The notes under the pieces are model-generated. The model had not been told where the DNA came from. It ran no database searches and saw nothing but the letters and a program-made list of their open reading frames with translations. A stretch of 64,000 nt of DNA from an uncultured Candidatus Peribacteria bacterium. Its GTDB lineage: Bacteria > Patescibacteriota > Gracilibacteria > BD1-5 > UBA2023. The stretch spans positions 20,998 through 84,997 of the forward strand of contig CAZUBA010000001.1 in the NCBI GenBank assembly GCA_964618565.1, given 5' to 3'. Below are positions 37,070-48,813 of the stretch, piece by piece (the first letter of the stretch is position 1; every line of letters starts with the position of its first letter). A program made the position numbers and the translations under genes.

Positions 37070-37954
37070 ATGGAAAAAGTGAATGTTCATTTCTATCTGG
37101 AATATATGAATGCCCTGGAATTTCTAAGGATTTTTACTGGGCAGTCGTGAACAATTCAAGGGAAAATAAAGAAATATATCAAATGCAGTGATAATTGAGT
37201 GAACTACATAGAATATAACTTGATTAGGAATATCTATTGCGGATGTTTTCAGCGATATACCTTTTCATGTCATAAGCATATTGACAAGGTCTCATATAAT
37301 ATCTCTTGCGTTTCGTTTTTGCAATTATTAATGGAATTTGGTCATATGTTTTCTGATTTGCATCTATCAATTGAAAACCAATCTTATCTCATTAGACATC
37401 CAGAGTGTATAATCTGAATGGCTAAATCAATCAGCGACGTATTTAATAGTGATAATACTCTATGGAAAAGACTCGTTACAGATATAGCAAAACAATACAA
37501 CCAGAAGAGGTACGTGCAATTACTAAATATTTTGGCCATCATAAACTTCGGTGATCCAGAATCCATAGAGATTACTTCACATCGATCTATTCACATCGAT
37601 CTGATTCCTAAATGATATCGATTAAAGGTGTCAAATATTTCAATAGTTGAGATATCAGGGGATATTAATTTGAGGGCAATAAAAATAATTGCAGATACCA
37701 TTAGGCTCAAAAAAATTCGAAACATCTACCTTATAACAAACCAGGCATGAAAGCATAGTCAGCTAATCAATGTAATAAAAGCTATAATTGCAAATCATGC
37801 ATTTCATTCAACAATTTCAGTTTTTCAATCATTAGAAAATATTACCCATAGATATAAAGAAAACAATCTGCATATCTTTTTTGAGGATTCCAATAAATTC
37901 GCATCTTTTCTGAGTTTGCCAGGTAATTCTGGAATTCTTTTGAAGCCCGGCTAA
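37070..37954 (+). CDS. hypothetical protein
   Basis: 294-aa code-25 ORF MEKVNVHFYLEYMNALEFLRIF..., between the Replic_Relax-like gene and the ATPase gene. Confidence 0.55.
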
Positions 37955-38080
37955 ATATAGCACAGCCATTGAATTTAAATCTTCTTTTTTGATATCTATA
38001 AAAATTCCTTTTTTTTCTATAGCTATTATTTAGTGGCAAAAAACGTAATCATATAATTTTATTTTTTTATATATTTAAAT

Positions 38081-40756
38081 ATGACAATCACATATTTATT
38101 ATTAAGCATTTTTGCTTTATCAACGCCGGTTATCCTATATTTTCTTTCAGGGTTTTTATCTTCAAATGACGATAGGGAATATTCGATTATTGAAGTTAAG
38201 CCAAGCCCTATGGATAATCAGCAGATACTATATTCTAAAATGGTTTTGTTTTTGACTCATCTTAAGTCTGTTGCTGAATTAGATGAACCATTTAACATTA
38301 TTTTTGATATTACCAATAATGATAGTATATGATTAAGGTATTTTAGACTTATTGTACCTGAGTCATACCAAAACTTTATCATAACGCTACTACAAAGCGA
38401 TTTTCCTGATTTCAATTGTAGTGTCTCAGAGACTATTAAGGAATGTGATTATTTTTTAAGGTACAATTGATTTATTGTATTCAGAACTAATACAAATAAG
38501 CCTCTTATTAAAAATACAAATATATTTTCTGAAGAATATATTCTTGAAAATCTCAAAACTCTCATAAATTCTGTAGACAAGGGGAGTTTTCAGATTTTAT
38601 TGGAATTTCCGGATGAAATAAATCAGATGATATGAAAAGAGGAATTGGATTCCATAAAAATAGATTCTAACACAATGGAAACAAATTTAAATTATGTCAA
38701 AGACTTAAAGATATCATTTAGATTTCTAAGTTTTGAAACAGATTTTTGCCCTACAGCGGTACCTTCTACCGTATGAGGGATACTAAATTTGAAAGGTAGG
38801 TCAAACATAATATCCAAGGAATTCAGATGATGAAAATATATTACCAGATCGTGATGAATTAAGAATTTTATAATTGATTTATTTTACAGATATATGCATG
38901 GAATTGAACCAAGACTTCAATATTTCTCGAGTGCGGATGCATGTTATTTTTCTGCTAGGGAACTAGCAACCCTATATTCGTTTATATATTGTGATAAAAT
39001 TGATTGATTGCCATATACATTCGGTAATCCCTGAAAAGTCCTTAATAAACAAAAAGAGCTTGAGGAAATCTATGGTGACCATAAACAATTTACCAGGATA
39101 GCACAAATAGCTCATCCAAATTATTGAGAAGAATGGTTTAAGTTAGATATAGAAACAAAAAGAAGACATGTTTATTTTCTTGGTAGAACATGATCTGGTA
39201 AATCGACATGCTTGATTGAAATGATGAAGGATGATATTAAGAATGGTAGATGATTTTGTCTCTTGGATCCACATGGTGATCTTGCAGACAAAATACTCGA
39301 TTCTATTTCATTTGAACGAGCTGAAGATGTTATATATATCGACCCTTCCCATCCATGCTGAAGAGTAGGACTTTGAATTTTTTCTTTTTTACGAGAAATC
39401 CGTAATAGACATTTTAAGTCGAGAAGCACGACTCCAAGCTTACAGGAATTTCGCAGTTACTCTAGTGTACTTGTATCAATGATGGTAACCGCACTTAAAA
39501 GTATAAGTATTGGAGGCAAGGAACAATGGTGACCTAGGCTAGATATGTTGATTAAGTCAATATGATCTGAGCTTTTAAAATATGAGTGCTCTGAGGTATT
39601 GGATATTTCAGCGTACCTTAATTCTGAGGAATTTCGAAAAAGTGTATTGGCAAATATTGATGATCATTTGTTAAAAGAAGAATTGGATTCACTCAATCAA
39701 AAATCTAGTAGAGTTACTGATGAGTGGTTTCAGCCATTAAAAAACCGTCTTGGAATTTTCAATGTTGCATACTTTAGAAATATTTTTTCAGGAACTCCAA
39801 AATTTAGTCTGAAAGAGGCAATGGATTCAAATAAAATATTAATATTCAGGCTTTGATCAGGATTATTGTCTGAGGAGGGGAATTTATTGGGTTCAATAAT
39901 GGTTTCCTTGATTTTTCATCTTTCAATGAGCAATGCTTGAATATGAGAAGATGAGCGTCATGATTTTACTATTTATGCTGATGAATGTCAGAGGTTTGTA
40001 ACGGACGAATTCTCAAAAATATTGTCAGAGGCTAGAAAGTATCGTTTATCATTGGTTTTAGCTAATCAATCTCTATCTCAGTTGAGTGTGAAGAATCCTG
40101 AAACTTTGAATGCTATTTTGGGGAATGTTTGAACTATGGTCTCTTTTGCAGTTTGACCAGAGGATGCTTTAATAATAAGTAAACGTTTCAGGCTTAATTC
40201 CGAAAAATTGGCAAATTTAACTCCACATAAAGCCTATGTAAGTTGTGAACCCTATTCAGATGAGTCATTTTTGGTACAGACATCCGTGGGGGCTTGCGAT
40301 GAGACAGCTAAATATCCTGGAAGGCTAAAAGTAGTGGCTTCAAGTAGTGAAAAATATGGTCTTGAATGTTTTACATCAATAAAGACATACACTGATTGTA
40401 TACTTAAAAGCTCATTATTTTATTTTCTAAAGTCTCATAATACCTTTACTAGAGCTGATTGCAAAAAAAGGTGGAGTTATCATGATAAATCAATCGATAA
40501 ACTTCTTGGTATATTGGATGAACAGTGAATAATCAAAAAACAGACAGAGGATTTATATGGTGCCAATATTGATACTATTATTCTTCTGGAATCTGAATTA
40601 AGAAAAGGGGATATCATTCAATTTGAATATGTGGTAGAGGAGTGTAACGAAAAAGATCCCATTATACTTAGGATGCATTTTGATAAATATGGTTCACTTC
40701 CTTCTTTTTGATATCGTAAAGATGAATTTGAACACGATCTTTTGGAGAATGGATAA
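38081..40756 (+). CDS. membrane-anchored VirD4/TraD/TraG-like (type IV coupling protein-like) P-loop ATPase
   Basis: 891 aa. N-terminal TM MTITYLLLSIFALSTPVILYFLSGFL. Walker A HVYFLGRTGSGKSTCL, ...CLLDPHGDL..., Walker B FTIYADECQRF, ...ARKYRLSLVLANQSLSQL... Three track ORFs (38081, 39599, 40208) lie in the same frame. Confidence 0.8.
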
Positions 40757-40776
40757 TTATATTATCAAATATAAAT

Positions 40777-40811
40777 TAGAATGATTCTTTTTAGAGTCAT
40801 TCTAATTTTTT
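40777..40811 (+). terminator. Rho-independent terminator
   Basis: TAGAATGATTC ttttta GAGTCATTCTA followed by ATTTTTT, directly after the ATPase gene. Confidence 0.55.
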
Positions 40812-40832
40812 CTTATATTAATAATATTCAAG

Positions 40833-40912
40833 TTTACTGATAACAAAAACAACTCTACCCACCTATCAAACATCTCAATAAGTGTGTGGGGAAATTCGTC
40901 TCAAGGCTGCCA
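40833..40912. repeat. junction repeat A (ends in tRNA-Trp 3'-end copy GGCTGCCA)
   Basis: TTTACTGATAACAAAAACAACTCTACCCACCTATCAAACATCTCAATAAGTGTGTGGGGAAATTCGTCTCAAGGCTGCCA. Homologous to repeats B and C. Its 5' part also matches repeat E. Confidence 0.6.
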
Positions 40913-40918
40913 TGAAAA

Positions 40919-40969
40919 ATCAAATAATCCTCCTGCGAAAGCGGGGGGATTATTGATTATATTTTTTCC
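40919..40969 (+). terminator. long GAAA-loop hairpin + T-tract (duplicated at 45649..45716)
   Basis: ATCAAATAATCCTCCTGC gaaa GCGGGGGGATTATTGAT followed by TATATTTTTT. Confidence 0.5.
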
Positions 40970-41127
40970 ATCACAAAAACAACTTGCTTTTTATTGAATA
41001 AAAGCTAATCTTACCTTAAATAATGTTAAAGAAGAAATCTTACATTATTTTTTCTTTAACTTTTCAGTATTTTTCTTTGTTTTAATAAATATTCTCTTTT
41101 AGGATTATCTTTTAATAAATTAAGATT

Positions 41128-44040
41128 ATGTCTAATGCAATACTAAGTAAATTTAATAAATATCATCTTATTAAGGCTACATTGATCATGTTATCATTTA
41201 CGGTCTTTTTTGTTTGAGATGCTTTCGCAGATACAAATGAAAATTGTATTGTCACTATGAATACTAGGTGTACATTCTCAGATTGATGATATCTTGATAT
41301 AACAGGTGTAGAGACAAACTCAACCTTTGTAAGATATATAAGCAAAACAGGTGAAACAATTGGTCAGACACAACTAAACCCATTTGGTTGAGCCTGTATG
41401 TTACCTACAAGATATGGGACAAGATTGCTACCCTCAAGTCATTCTTTTACATCAATACTAGATGGCAAAAATACAATAAACATTCAAGCGGATGTTGAAG
41501 TTTATTATTATTCTTTTGCTAACCTCTGGACATGTCAAAGGCAATTCTCCATACCTTGGTCATATCAGACCAGTCCAGTGTATACCTTCACAGAAAAATC
41601 CTCCTTATCGCTTTTATCATCTGATCCAATTGATTCTGCAACTCAAGTTCCTATTGACTCTCCGATAACTCTTGATTTTTCTGAATGAATAGATTCGACT
41701 TCGATTAAAGATAATATATCGCTTACTTTAAATGGAAATCAGATTGAATATTGATTTTCTCAAAGTGATGACAAAAAAGGAATCAATATCAAATTGACTT
41801 CTTGAAGGTTCGCCCAGAATAAAATTTACGCTCTGACTATCTGAAAAAACTTAAAAGACATATCTTGAAATACTTTGTGAACTGATAAAGTTATCAGCTT
41901 TACAACTGAAGTGATGCCATATAGTCTTTCTCAACAGATCAATAGTCCACAAATGGAAGAAGAACCCCATGATGTTTATCTATGAGAGAAGATATGAAAG
42001 TTTCAATCAGGATCAGGGATAATCCTGAGCGCCATAGTTGATAATTCTTTTTGAAAAAATCTAAATCTTGATTTTGAGGTATATAAATTATGAGAATCAT
42101 TACCTATATATAAAAGATCAACAGAGGTGAATCTTTGAATCTGAACAGTGGTAGTTGATTTTTTGTGAGCTTGAGATTATTATTGGAGAGTAAGGACTTC
42201 TGACGATTCATGAAATTCAAGTGATTGGGCAGATTTCTGAATGAACTTATTCTGAGAATCTGATTTTTCATATTTTTATTGATTTGAACCTTATCCTTAT
42301 GGATACAGGTTTCCTAATGCAAGTGTTGCGGATTGAGTATTGAATTGAATGTGACTTAGCTCTATTGTAAGATGAATCCCACCAAATTCGTTTTTGATTA
42401 ATCAGCCCACAATAATTGATTGAAACAAATGGAATTTATTTAATAATGCATTTGATACATCAACTTTAAAAAATGATGATAGAAAAATGATTGATGCATT
42501 TGAAAGCCTTTGACTTAATACAGATGAGCAATTTCAATGATGAAATTGCTATGGAATGGCTATGTCTCCTGCTATGCAGTTTACTCATTCCGGTTTTATT
42601 CAGACAAATTATTCTAAATTTTCAAATCAAATATGAAATTGAACTATTTGGGATAATATAATTCCACTTGATGTAGATTGAAAAGATGATTGGAATAATT
42701 ATGATGGTAACAAGACCTTAGAAATTATCTTGTCATTTCAGCTTTCTCAAAGTAGCGTACATATTCAAAAAGCAATTCATAATGGTACAAAAAGTCCAGA
42801 TAAAATATTAACAGAATTAAAAAACAATTCTAATAATACTTATGCATTACTTTTTTGGTGAAAAGATAAAAATAATGATGATGTATGACATGCTGTAATC
42901 CCATATAAAGTAGAATGAAATAGGATTTATGTATGGGATAACAATTTTCAATATCCATTTAGGGAAATAAATAATACTGAAATTTATTCATATAATCAAT
43001 ATATAGAGTTATACACAGGAAGTGATTGAAAAATTAAGTGGAAAGATAAAACATATGAATGGAATGAATTTACAGAAATGTCATTAGTAAATTTAGACGA
43101 TATATATAACAATTGATATAAATCAGTGCCAATGTGATTTAATTGAAATGGCACATCATATACGTTATCCTGAAGCTCTAGTATCTATATTTCAGATTCT
43201 CTGTGAAGAGTTTCTTGATTTACCAGCTCGGGTGTAATAGAAGATATTCCATGAGTAGATGTCATAGTTCCTTTGAATGTGACACTTAGCTGAGCAACTA
43301 AAAGTAATCTAAAACAGATATATATACCGGAAAAAATAGATTGACTGACTATTAAAGTCAGTTGAATAAAAGAAGAGAATTATGATCTGAAGATTGCATG
43401 ATGAGATTATTACACTAACATATCTTGAGTAAACACTCTAACAGGACAAATAGATATATTCACGACAACAAATTCATGAATATTTATAGATTTCGATGAT
43501 TCTAAAACCTGAACATACACTTTACTGACAGATAATTTCCAAGACACTCTTACATGAACAGTATTTTCACCTTGAATTGAATCTATAATTCAACCACAGA
43601 AATATATATTTGATTGGAATAAAGTGATGCAAGGTTCTACTAATGCTATATCTTATCAAATTGATATCGATAACGATTGAATATACGATCTGACTAGCAA
43701 TTTTTCACCAGTCCCTAAATCTCTAGATGAAAAATGATCAATATCAGGTTATGTGAAATGAGATACAAATGCGTCTATGGCATGATGGAAGGTATTCATA
43801 GACAAGAACGATAACTGAAAACTGGAAGAATATTCTGAGATTTTTACGACTACAGATAATAAATGATATTATAGATTCGATAATCTAGAGAAATGAAACT
43901 ACAATATAGCTGAAATTCCACATCAAAACTGGAATTTAATCAAACCAACCAATTATAAATATAATCTTTATCTGAATAACTGACAGAATGTCATTAACCT
44001 TGATTTTGTGAATACTTTTACAAAATGAAAAGGCAAATAA
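41128..44040 (+). CDS. large secreted protein L1: signal/TM, Ig-like (SbsA/Big_5-like) segment, papain-like Cys-protease signature, C-terminal SdrD-B-like domain
   Basis: 970 aa: MSNAILSKFNKYHLIKATLIMLSFTVFFVGDAFA..., ...LSSDPIDSATQVPIDSPITLDFSEGID..., ...EQFQGGNCYGMAMSPAMQF...GHAVIPYKVEGNRIYVWDNN..., ...TTDNKGYYRFDNLEKGNYNIAEIPHQNWN... No TAA/TAG in frame. Confidence 0.8.
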
Positions 44041-44058
44041 CTTTAACATAAAAATACT

Positions 44059-44562
44059 ATGAAAATATATATACAAGTATTCATATGAATATTAACACTG
44101 GTCATGTTAGTGCTTTTATGAAAATATTGATATGATTATTACAGATACGAAAGAAATGTTACTATAGAAGAACAAAATAAAAGGAAGATTGATGAGTATA
44201 ATTTTGAACAATTGACAAAAGTAAAAATAATATTAAAAGATATTAAAAGATCAGATAAAAAATTCCAATCTTTAAAGGAATTCAATCATATATATAATGC
44301 AGATATAAACCCAATTAAAAATTGTTATTATATAAAAAATTATGAAGACAACAATAGGGTATTGTATACTTTTTGATTTAAACTAGAATCGAAAAAATAT
44401 AAAGATAAATACTGACTAATTGGCAAGTACGGGACAGTATATTATGTCTATCCAAAATATGATTTGCCTTATAGCAAAGTTTGTTTCTGAACAAAGAAAT
44501 CTTGTACTGACCTTGCATATGACCATTTTGACACCATTATATCAAACCCTTGCGAGGATTAG
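44059..44562 (+). CDS. small membrane-anchored Cys-rich protein S1 (partner of L1)
   Basis: 167 aa. TM MKIYIQVFIGILTLVMLVLLG, conserved ...IDEYNFEQL...PIKNCYY...YPKYDLPYSKVCFGTKKSCTD...ISNPCED*. Paralogs at 48814, 49932 and 51167. Confidence 0.7.
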
Positions 44563-44651
44563 GATATTCTTCTTTTGATTTGATTAAACAATTCCACCCA
44601 CCTATCAAACATATCCATTAGTGTGTGAGAAAAATCATCTCAAGGCTGCCA
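44563..44651. repeat. junction repeat B (ends in GGCTGCCA)
   Basis: ...TTGATTAAACAATTCCACCCACCTATCAAACATATCCATTAGTGTGTGAGAAAAATCATCTCAAGGCTGCCA, immediately after the S1 stop. Confidence 0.6.
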
Positions 44652-44665
44652 TTGACATTTAATAA

Positions 44666-44697
44666 AAATCAGTATATTACTAATACTGATTTTTTTA
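44666..44697 (+). terminator. Rho-independent terminator
   Basis: AATCAGTAT attacta ATACTGATT followed by TTTTTT. Confidence 0.55.
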
Positions 44698-44711
44698 TTT
44701 ATCAAAGCACT

Positions 44712-45539
44712 ATGATGCAATCACGAGTTCCAGATGAGGTTGATTATAACGATGCTCTTGTAAAGATTAGCAACCATTTCAATACTGATGAACGAGTGTT
44801 CTCAATATTTTGATCAGGGTGGAAAGAACAAAAAAGACGCATTCCATTCAGTGATATAGACTTATTTATTATTGAAAGGAATAGCATTCTTCCTTCCTTC
44901 GAAACTGTAGTAGCATTTTGAAAATTACTTGAAGATATTCATCCAAATGTTCCAGTTCAAATACATTGGACAAGTGAGCCAATTCTAAGAAGTCCTCTTT
45001 GCCCTGAAAAACCTTTTCTCGAAGAGACAAAACAATCAAAAGAATGAGAGTTTGCATCGTATTGATATGCAACATATCTTGATAGCATAGCTCAAAATCG
45101 ACAATTCAAAAATGACGACATTTCGATGATGTCTCACTATATTCGGAAAATCGTAAATCAAACTATTCGGCTGGAATCAGTGAAACAAAGCGGTGATCAT
45201 GCAGATATTGTCCGAGTTTTCTGAGCCTATAGGAAAATTTTTGGACTTCTTTCTTTGATTGTACGAATTAAAAATGGATCATCACCATTTTCAAATAGGA
45301 AAGCTGATATTATAGAATCTGCACAAGAAATTATAGGTTCAAACATTATTATAAATGCTGACTTACTTCTTACTTTAGATCAGCCAGATTCCTACAAACT
45401 CCTTGAAATGTTCCATTCTGAAGAACTGGAAAAAGTAGTCATATATTTTAGTCAATTGTATGTCGAGCTTGTTAAAATTTTACAAAGTATACTTTCATTA
45501 CCAGTGAAAGTTAGAGTAGAAGAAGTGTTATCATTTTAA
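44712..45539 (+). CDS. nucleotidyltransferase-domain protein (Pol-beta/MNT/ANT-like)
   Basis: 275 aa: ...VFSIFGSGWKEQKRRIPFSDIDLFII... (GS...DxD NTase motif), then a helical C-terminal half. The track ORF 44625 start lies inside repeat B and is not used. Confidence 0.75.
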
Positions 45540-45632
45540 AACTACTGTGATACTTTTTCCAAACCCTCCAGATCAAACTCCTGAAGCGCTTTTAGAAACT
45601 TCAGTATAAGCAAAGTTTCACCCACAACTCTC

Positions 45633-45644
45633 TGGGGCTGCCAA
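45633..45644. repeat. junction repeat D: 12-nt copy of the tRNA-Trp 3' end (TGGGGCTGCCAA)
   Basis: Identical to 8588..8599 (acceptor 3' strand, discriminator, CCA, plus 1 nt). No matching 5' acceptor strand upstream, so it is not a tRNA. Confidence 0.5.
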
Positions 45645-45648
45645 TATA

Positions 45649-45716
45649 AAATCAAATAATCCTCCTGCGCACCCAAAGGAAGTACTCCTGGGGTAAAAGC
45701 GGGGGGATTATTGATT
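45649..45716 (+). terminator. copy of the 40919 hairpin with a GC-rich insertion in the loop
   Basis: AATCAAATAATCCTCCTGC gcacccaaaggaagtactcctggggtaaaa GCGGGGGGATTATTGATT followed by TATATTTTT. Confidence 0.45.
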
Positions 45717-45887
45717 TATATTTTTCCCCACTACAAAAATAACTTGCTTTTAAAGGAATATAGGCTAATGTTGCTTTAAATAATGTTCAAGAATTGATTC
45801 TTACATTATTTTTCTTTAACTTTTCAATATTTTTCTTTGATTTAAAAAGTATTCTGTTTCAGGATTATCTTTTAATAAATTAAGATT

Positions 45888-48794
45888 ATGTCTAATGCAA
45901 TACTAAGTAAATTCAATAAATATCATTTTATTAAGACCATTTTGATTCTATTATCATTTATGGTCTTTTTTGTTTGAGACGTGTTTGCAGGCGCAAACGA
46001 GAATTGCATCGTCACAATGAATACCAGATGTACATTCTCTGATTGATGATATCTTGATATAACGGGTGTGGAGATAAACTCAACCTTTGTAAGATATATA
46101 AGCAAGACCGGGGAAACACTTTGACTGACTCAGCTCAACCCCTTCGGCTGAGCTTGCATGCTACCAACAAGATATGGAACAAGATTATTGCCTACAAGCC
46201 GTTCATATGCATCAATGGTTGATGGTAAGACAGCAATAAACATCCAGGCAGATGTAGAAGTATATTATTACTCCTTTGCAAATCTCTGGACATGCCAAAG
46301 GCAATTCTCTATACCTTGGTCATATCAGATAAGCCCTGTATATACTTTTATTGAAAAATCATCACTTTCCCTTTTATCTTCAGATCCATCAGATTCCGCT
46401 GTCAAATTTCCGATAACCTCTCCAATAACTCTTAATTTTTCTGAATGAATAGATTCGGCGACAATTAAAGATAATATCACACTTATTACAAATGGAATTC
46501 AAATAGAATATTGATTTTCCCAAAGTGAAGATAAAAAAGAAATATATATTAAGACAACTTCTTGAGCTTTCGGTCAAAATAAAACCTACACTCTGACTAT
46601 TTGAAAAGATTTAAAAGATATATCTTGAAATACTTTCTGATCTGATAAAGTCATCAGTTTCACAACTGAATTGATGTTAAATAACCTTTCTCAAAAAATA
46701 CTGAGCCCACACATGGAGGAAGAAGACCCTCGGGAAGTGCATCTATGAGAAAAAATTTGAAAATATCAATCCGGTTCAGGAATAATATTGAGCGCAAACA
46801 TAAATAATAATCCTTGAGACAAGCTAGATTTTGAAGTATACAAATTATGAAATTTTACACCTATATATACAAAATCTACAGAGGTGAATCTTTGAATCTG
46901 AACAGTGGTAGTTGATTTTTTGTGAGCTTGAGATTATTCTTGGAGGGTAAGGACTTCTGACGATTCATGAAATTCAAGTGATTGGACAGATTTCTGAATG
47001 AGCTTCTTCTGAGAATCTGATTTCTCTTATTTTGATTGATTTGAGCCTTATCCTTATGGTTTTAAGTTTTATAATAGAAGTGTTGCTGATTGAGTATTGG
47101 ATTGAAATGGATTTAGATCGAGAGTTATATGATTTCCGTCTAATCCAATTAAGATATTTGAACCGGCAATAATTGATTGAAATAAATGGACTATATTCAA
47201 TAATGCATTTGATACATCAGAGTTAAAAAAAGACGAGAGGAAAATGATAAATGCATTTAATGGTCTTTGACTTAATTCAGATGAACTATTTCAATGATGA
47301 AATTGTTATGGTATGGCCGTATCTCCTGCTATGCAATTTACACATTCTGGTTTTATACAATCAAATTACCCAAAATTTTCTAGTCAAATTTGAAATTGAA
47401 CTATTTGGGATAATATAAGTCCACTTAGTTTAGACTGAAAAGATCATTGGAATAATTATGATGGCAATAAAATTTTAGAAACTATTTTATCTTTCCAGCT
47501 TTCTCAATATAGTACTCATATACACGAAGCAATGTCTAATGGTATAAAAATACCAGAGGATATAATAGCTCAACTGAAAAAAAATTTAAAAAATAATTAT
47601 GTTTTAATCTTAAATTGAAAAGATGAAAATAATAAAGATATATGACATGCTGTAATTCCTTATAAGGTAGAATGAAATAGAATATATATATGGGATAATA
47701 ACATTCAATATCCCTATAGAGAAATGGAGTCTGATAAAAATTACTCTAACAATCAGTTTATTGAAATTGATAGCAATTGAAAATGGAGGGATCAATTCTA
47801 TTTGGATTATACTAAGTATCGTTTTGATAAAATGAAATTGATAAATTTAGATGCTATATATAATAGCTGAATCAAATCTGCACCAATATGATTTAGCTGA
47901 AGTGGTGCGTCATATACTCTTTCTTGAAGTTCTGATATTTATATCTCTGATTCGTTATGAAGAATTTCATGATTTACAAGCTCGGGGATTTTAGAGGAGA
48001 TTCCATGAATAGATGTGATAGTCCCTTTAAATGTTACTCTTAGTTGAACGGTAAAAAATAATCTGAAACAGATATACATCCCAGAAAAAATAGATTGATT
48101 AACAATAGGAATAAATTGAAAAACAGGAGAGAATTACGATCTAATGATAGCATGATGAAATTATTATGTAAGAATATCATGAGTAGAATCTGGCTCAGGA
48201 CAAACTGATATATATAATGTTTCAAGAGATAATATTTTAATAGATTTTGACAATAAAAAAATATGAGCATATGATTTGCTAGTAGATGATTTTCTAAATG
48301 ATTGAGCAGGATCGATATATAGATGAGAAATGAAATCAGAAACAAATTTACAAGGATATTATATAGATTGGAAAAAGGTAAAAGAAAATGATAAGGAATC
48401 GGTTAAGTACATGTTTGATACAGATTGAGATTGAACTTTTGATATAGAAAGTTATTTTAATGTTATACCAGATAAAGAAAATATAAAATGAAGCATTTCC
48501 TGATATGTCAAATGAGATACAAGCGCTTCTATGGCTTGATGGAAGGTTTTTATTGACAAAAACTGAGACGGTAAATTGCAAGAAAATTCTGAGACTTTTG
48601 CAGTCACGGACAATAGATGATACTATATGTTTGCAAATCTGGACAGATGAAACTATAAAATATTAGAAATTCCTCATCAAAACTGGAATCTGATTAAACC
48701 GACTAATAGTATATTTAATTTATATTTGAATAAATGACAGAATTTTATAAATCTTAATTTTGAAAATTCTTTTACAAAGCGAAAAGGTAAATAA
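45888..48794 (+). CDS. large secreted protein L2 (paralog of L1)
   Basis: 968 aa with the same N-terminus (MSNAILSKFNKYHFIKTILILLSFMVFFVGDVFA...), the same GGNCYGMAVSPAMQF...GHAVIPYKVEGNRIYIWDNN signature and the same EIPHQNWNLIKP end. The region after the protease-like domain diverges from L1. Confidence 0.8.
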
Positions 48795-48813
48795 TAATCT
48801 TAATCCAAGGGTC

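Larger units (their letters stand above)
8591..40912. mobile_element. putative integrative (mobilisable) element inserted at the 3' end of tRNA-Trp
   Basis: Left junction lies within GGCTGCCA of the tRNA (8591..8598), next to the serine recombinase. The right junction is proposed at the GGCTGCCA copy 40905..40912. The cargo is entirely accessory (defence, transfer-like genes). Confidence 0.5.

Noticed and set aside
40851-40912. Repeats A/B/C/D as tRNA or tRNA-like genes, because they end in ...GGCTGCCA.
   Set aside because: There is no complementary 5' acceptor strand and no D, anticodon or T arms can be drawn. Only the last 8-12 nt match tRNA-Trp.
44563-44651. Repeats as integron attC sites, or as a plus-strand read-through extension of the S genes.
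   Set aside because: There is no R''/L''-L'/R' inverted-core structure. The plus-strand frame after the S stop is not conserved between B and C (1-nt length difference), and repeat A has no S gene upstream.
44625-44711. 5' extension of the nucleotidyltransferase ORF given by the track (MRKIISRLPLTFNKNQYI...).
   Set aside because: The extension starts at a non-ATG codon inside repeat B and runs through a terminator hairpin. ATG 44712 follows the terminator and precedes the NTase motif.
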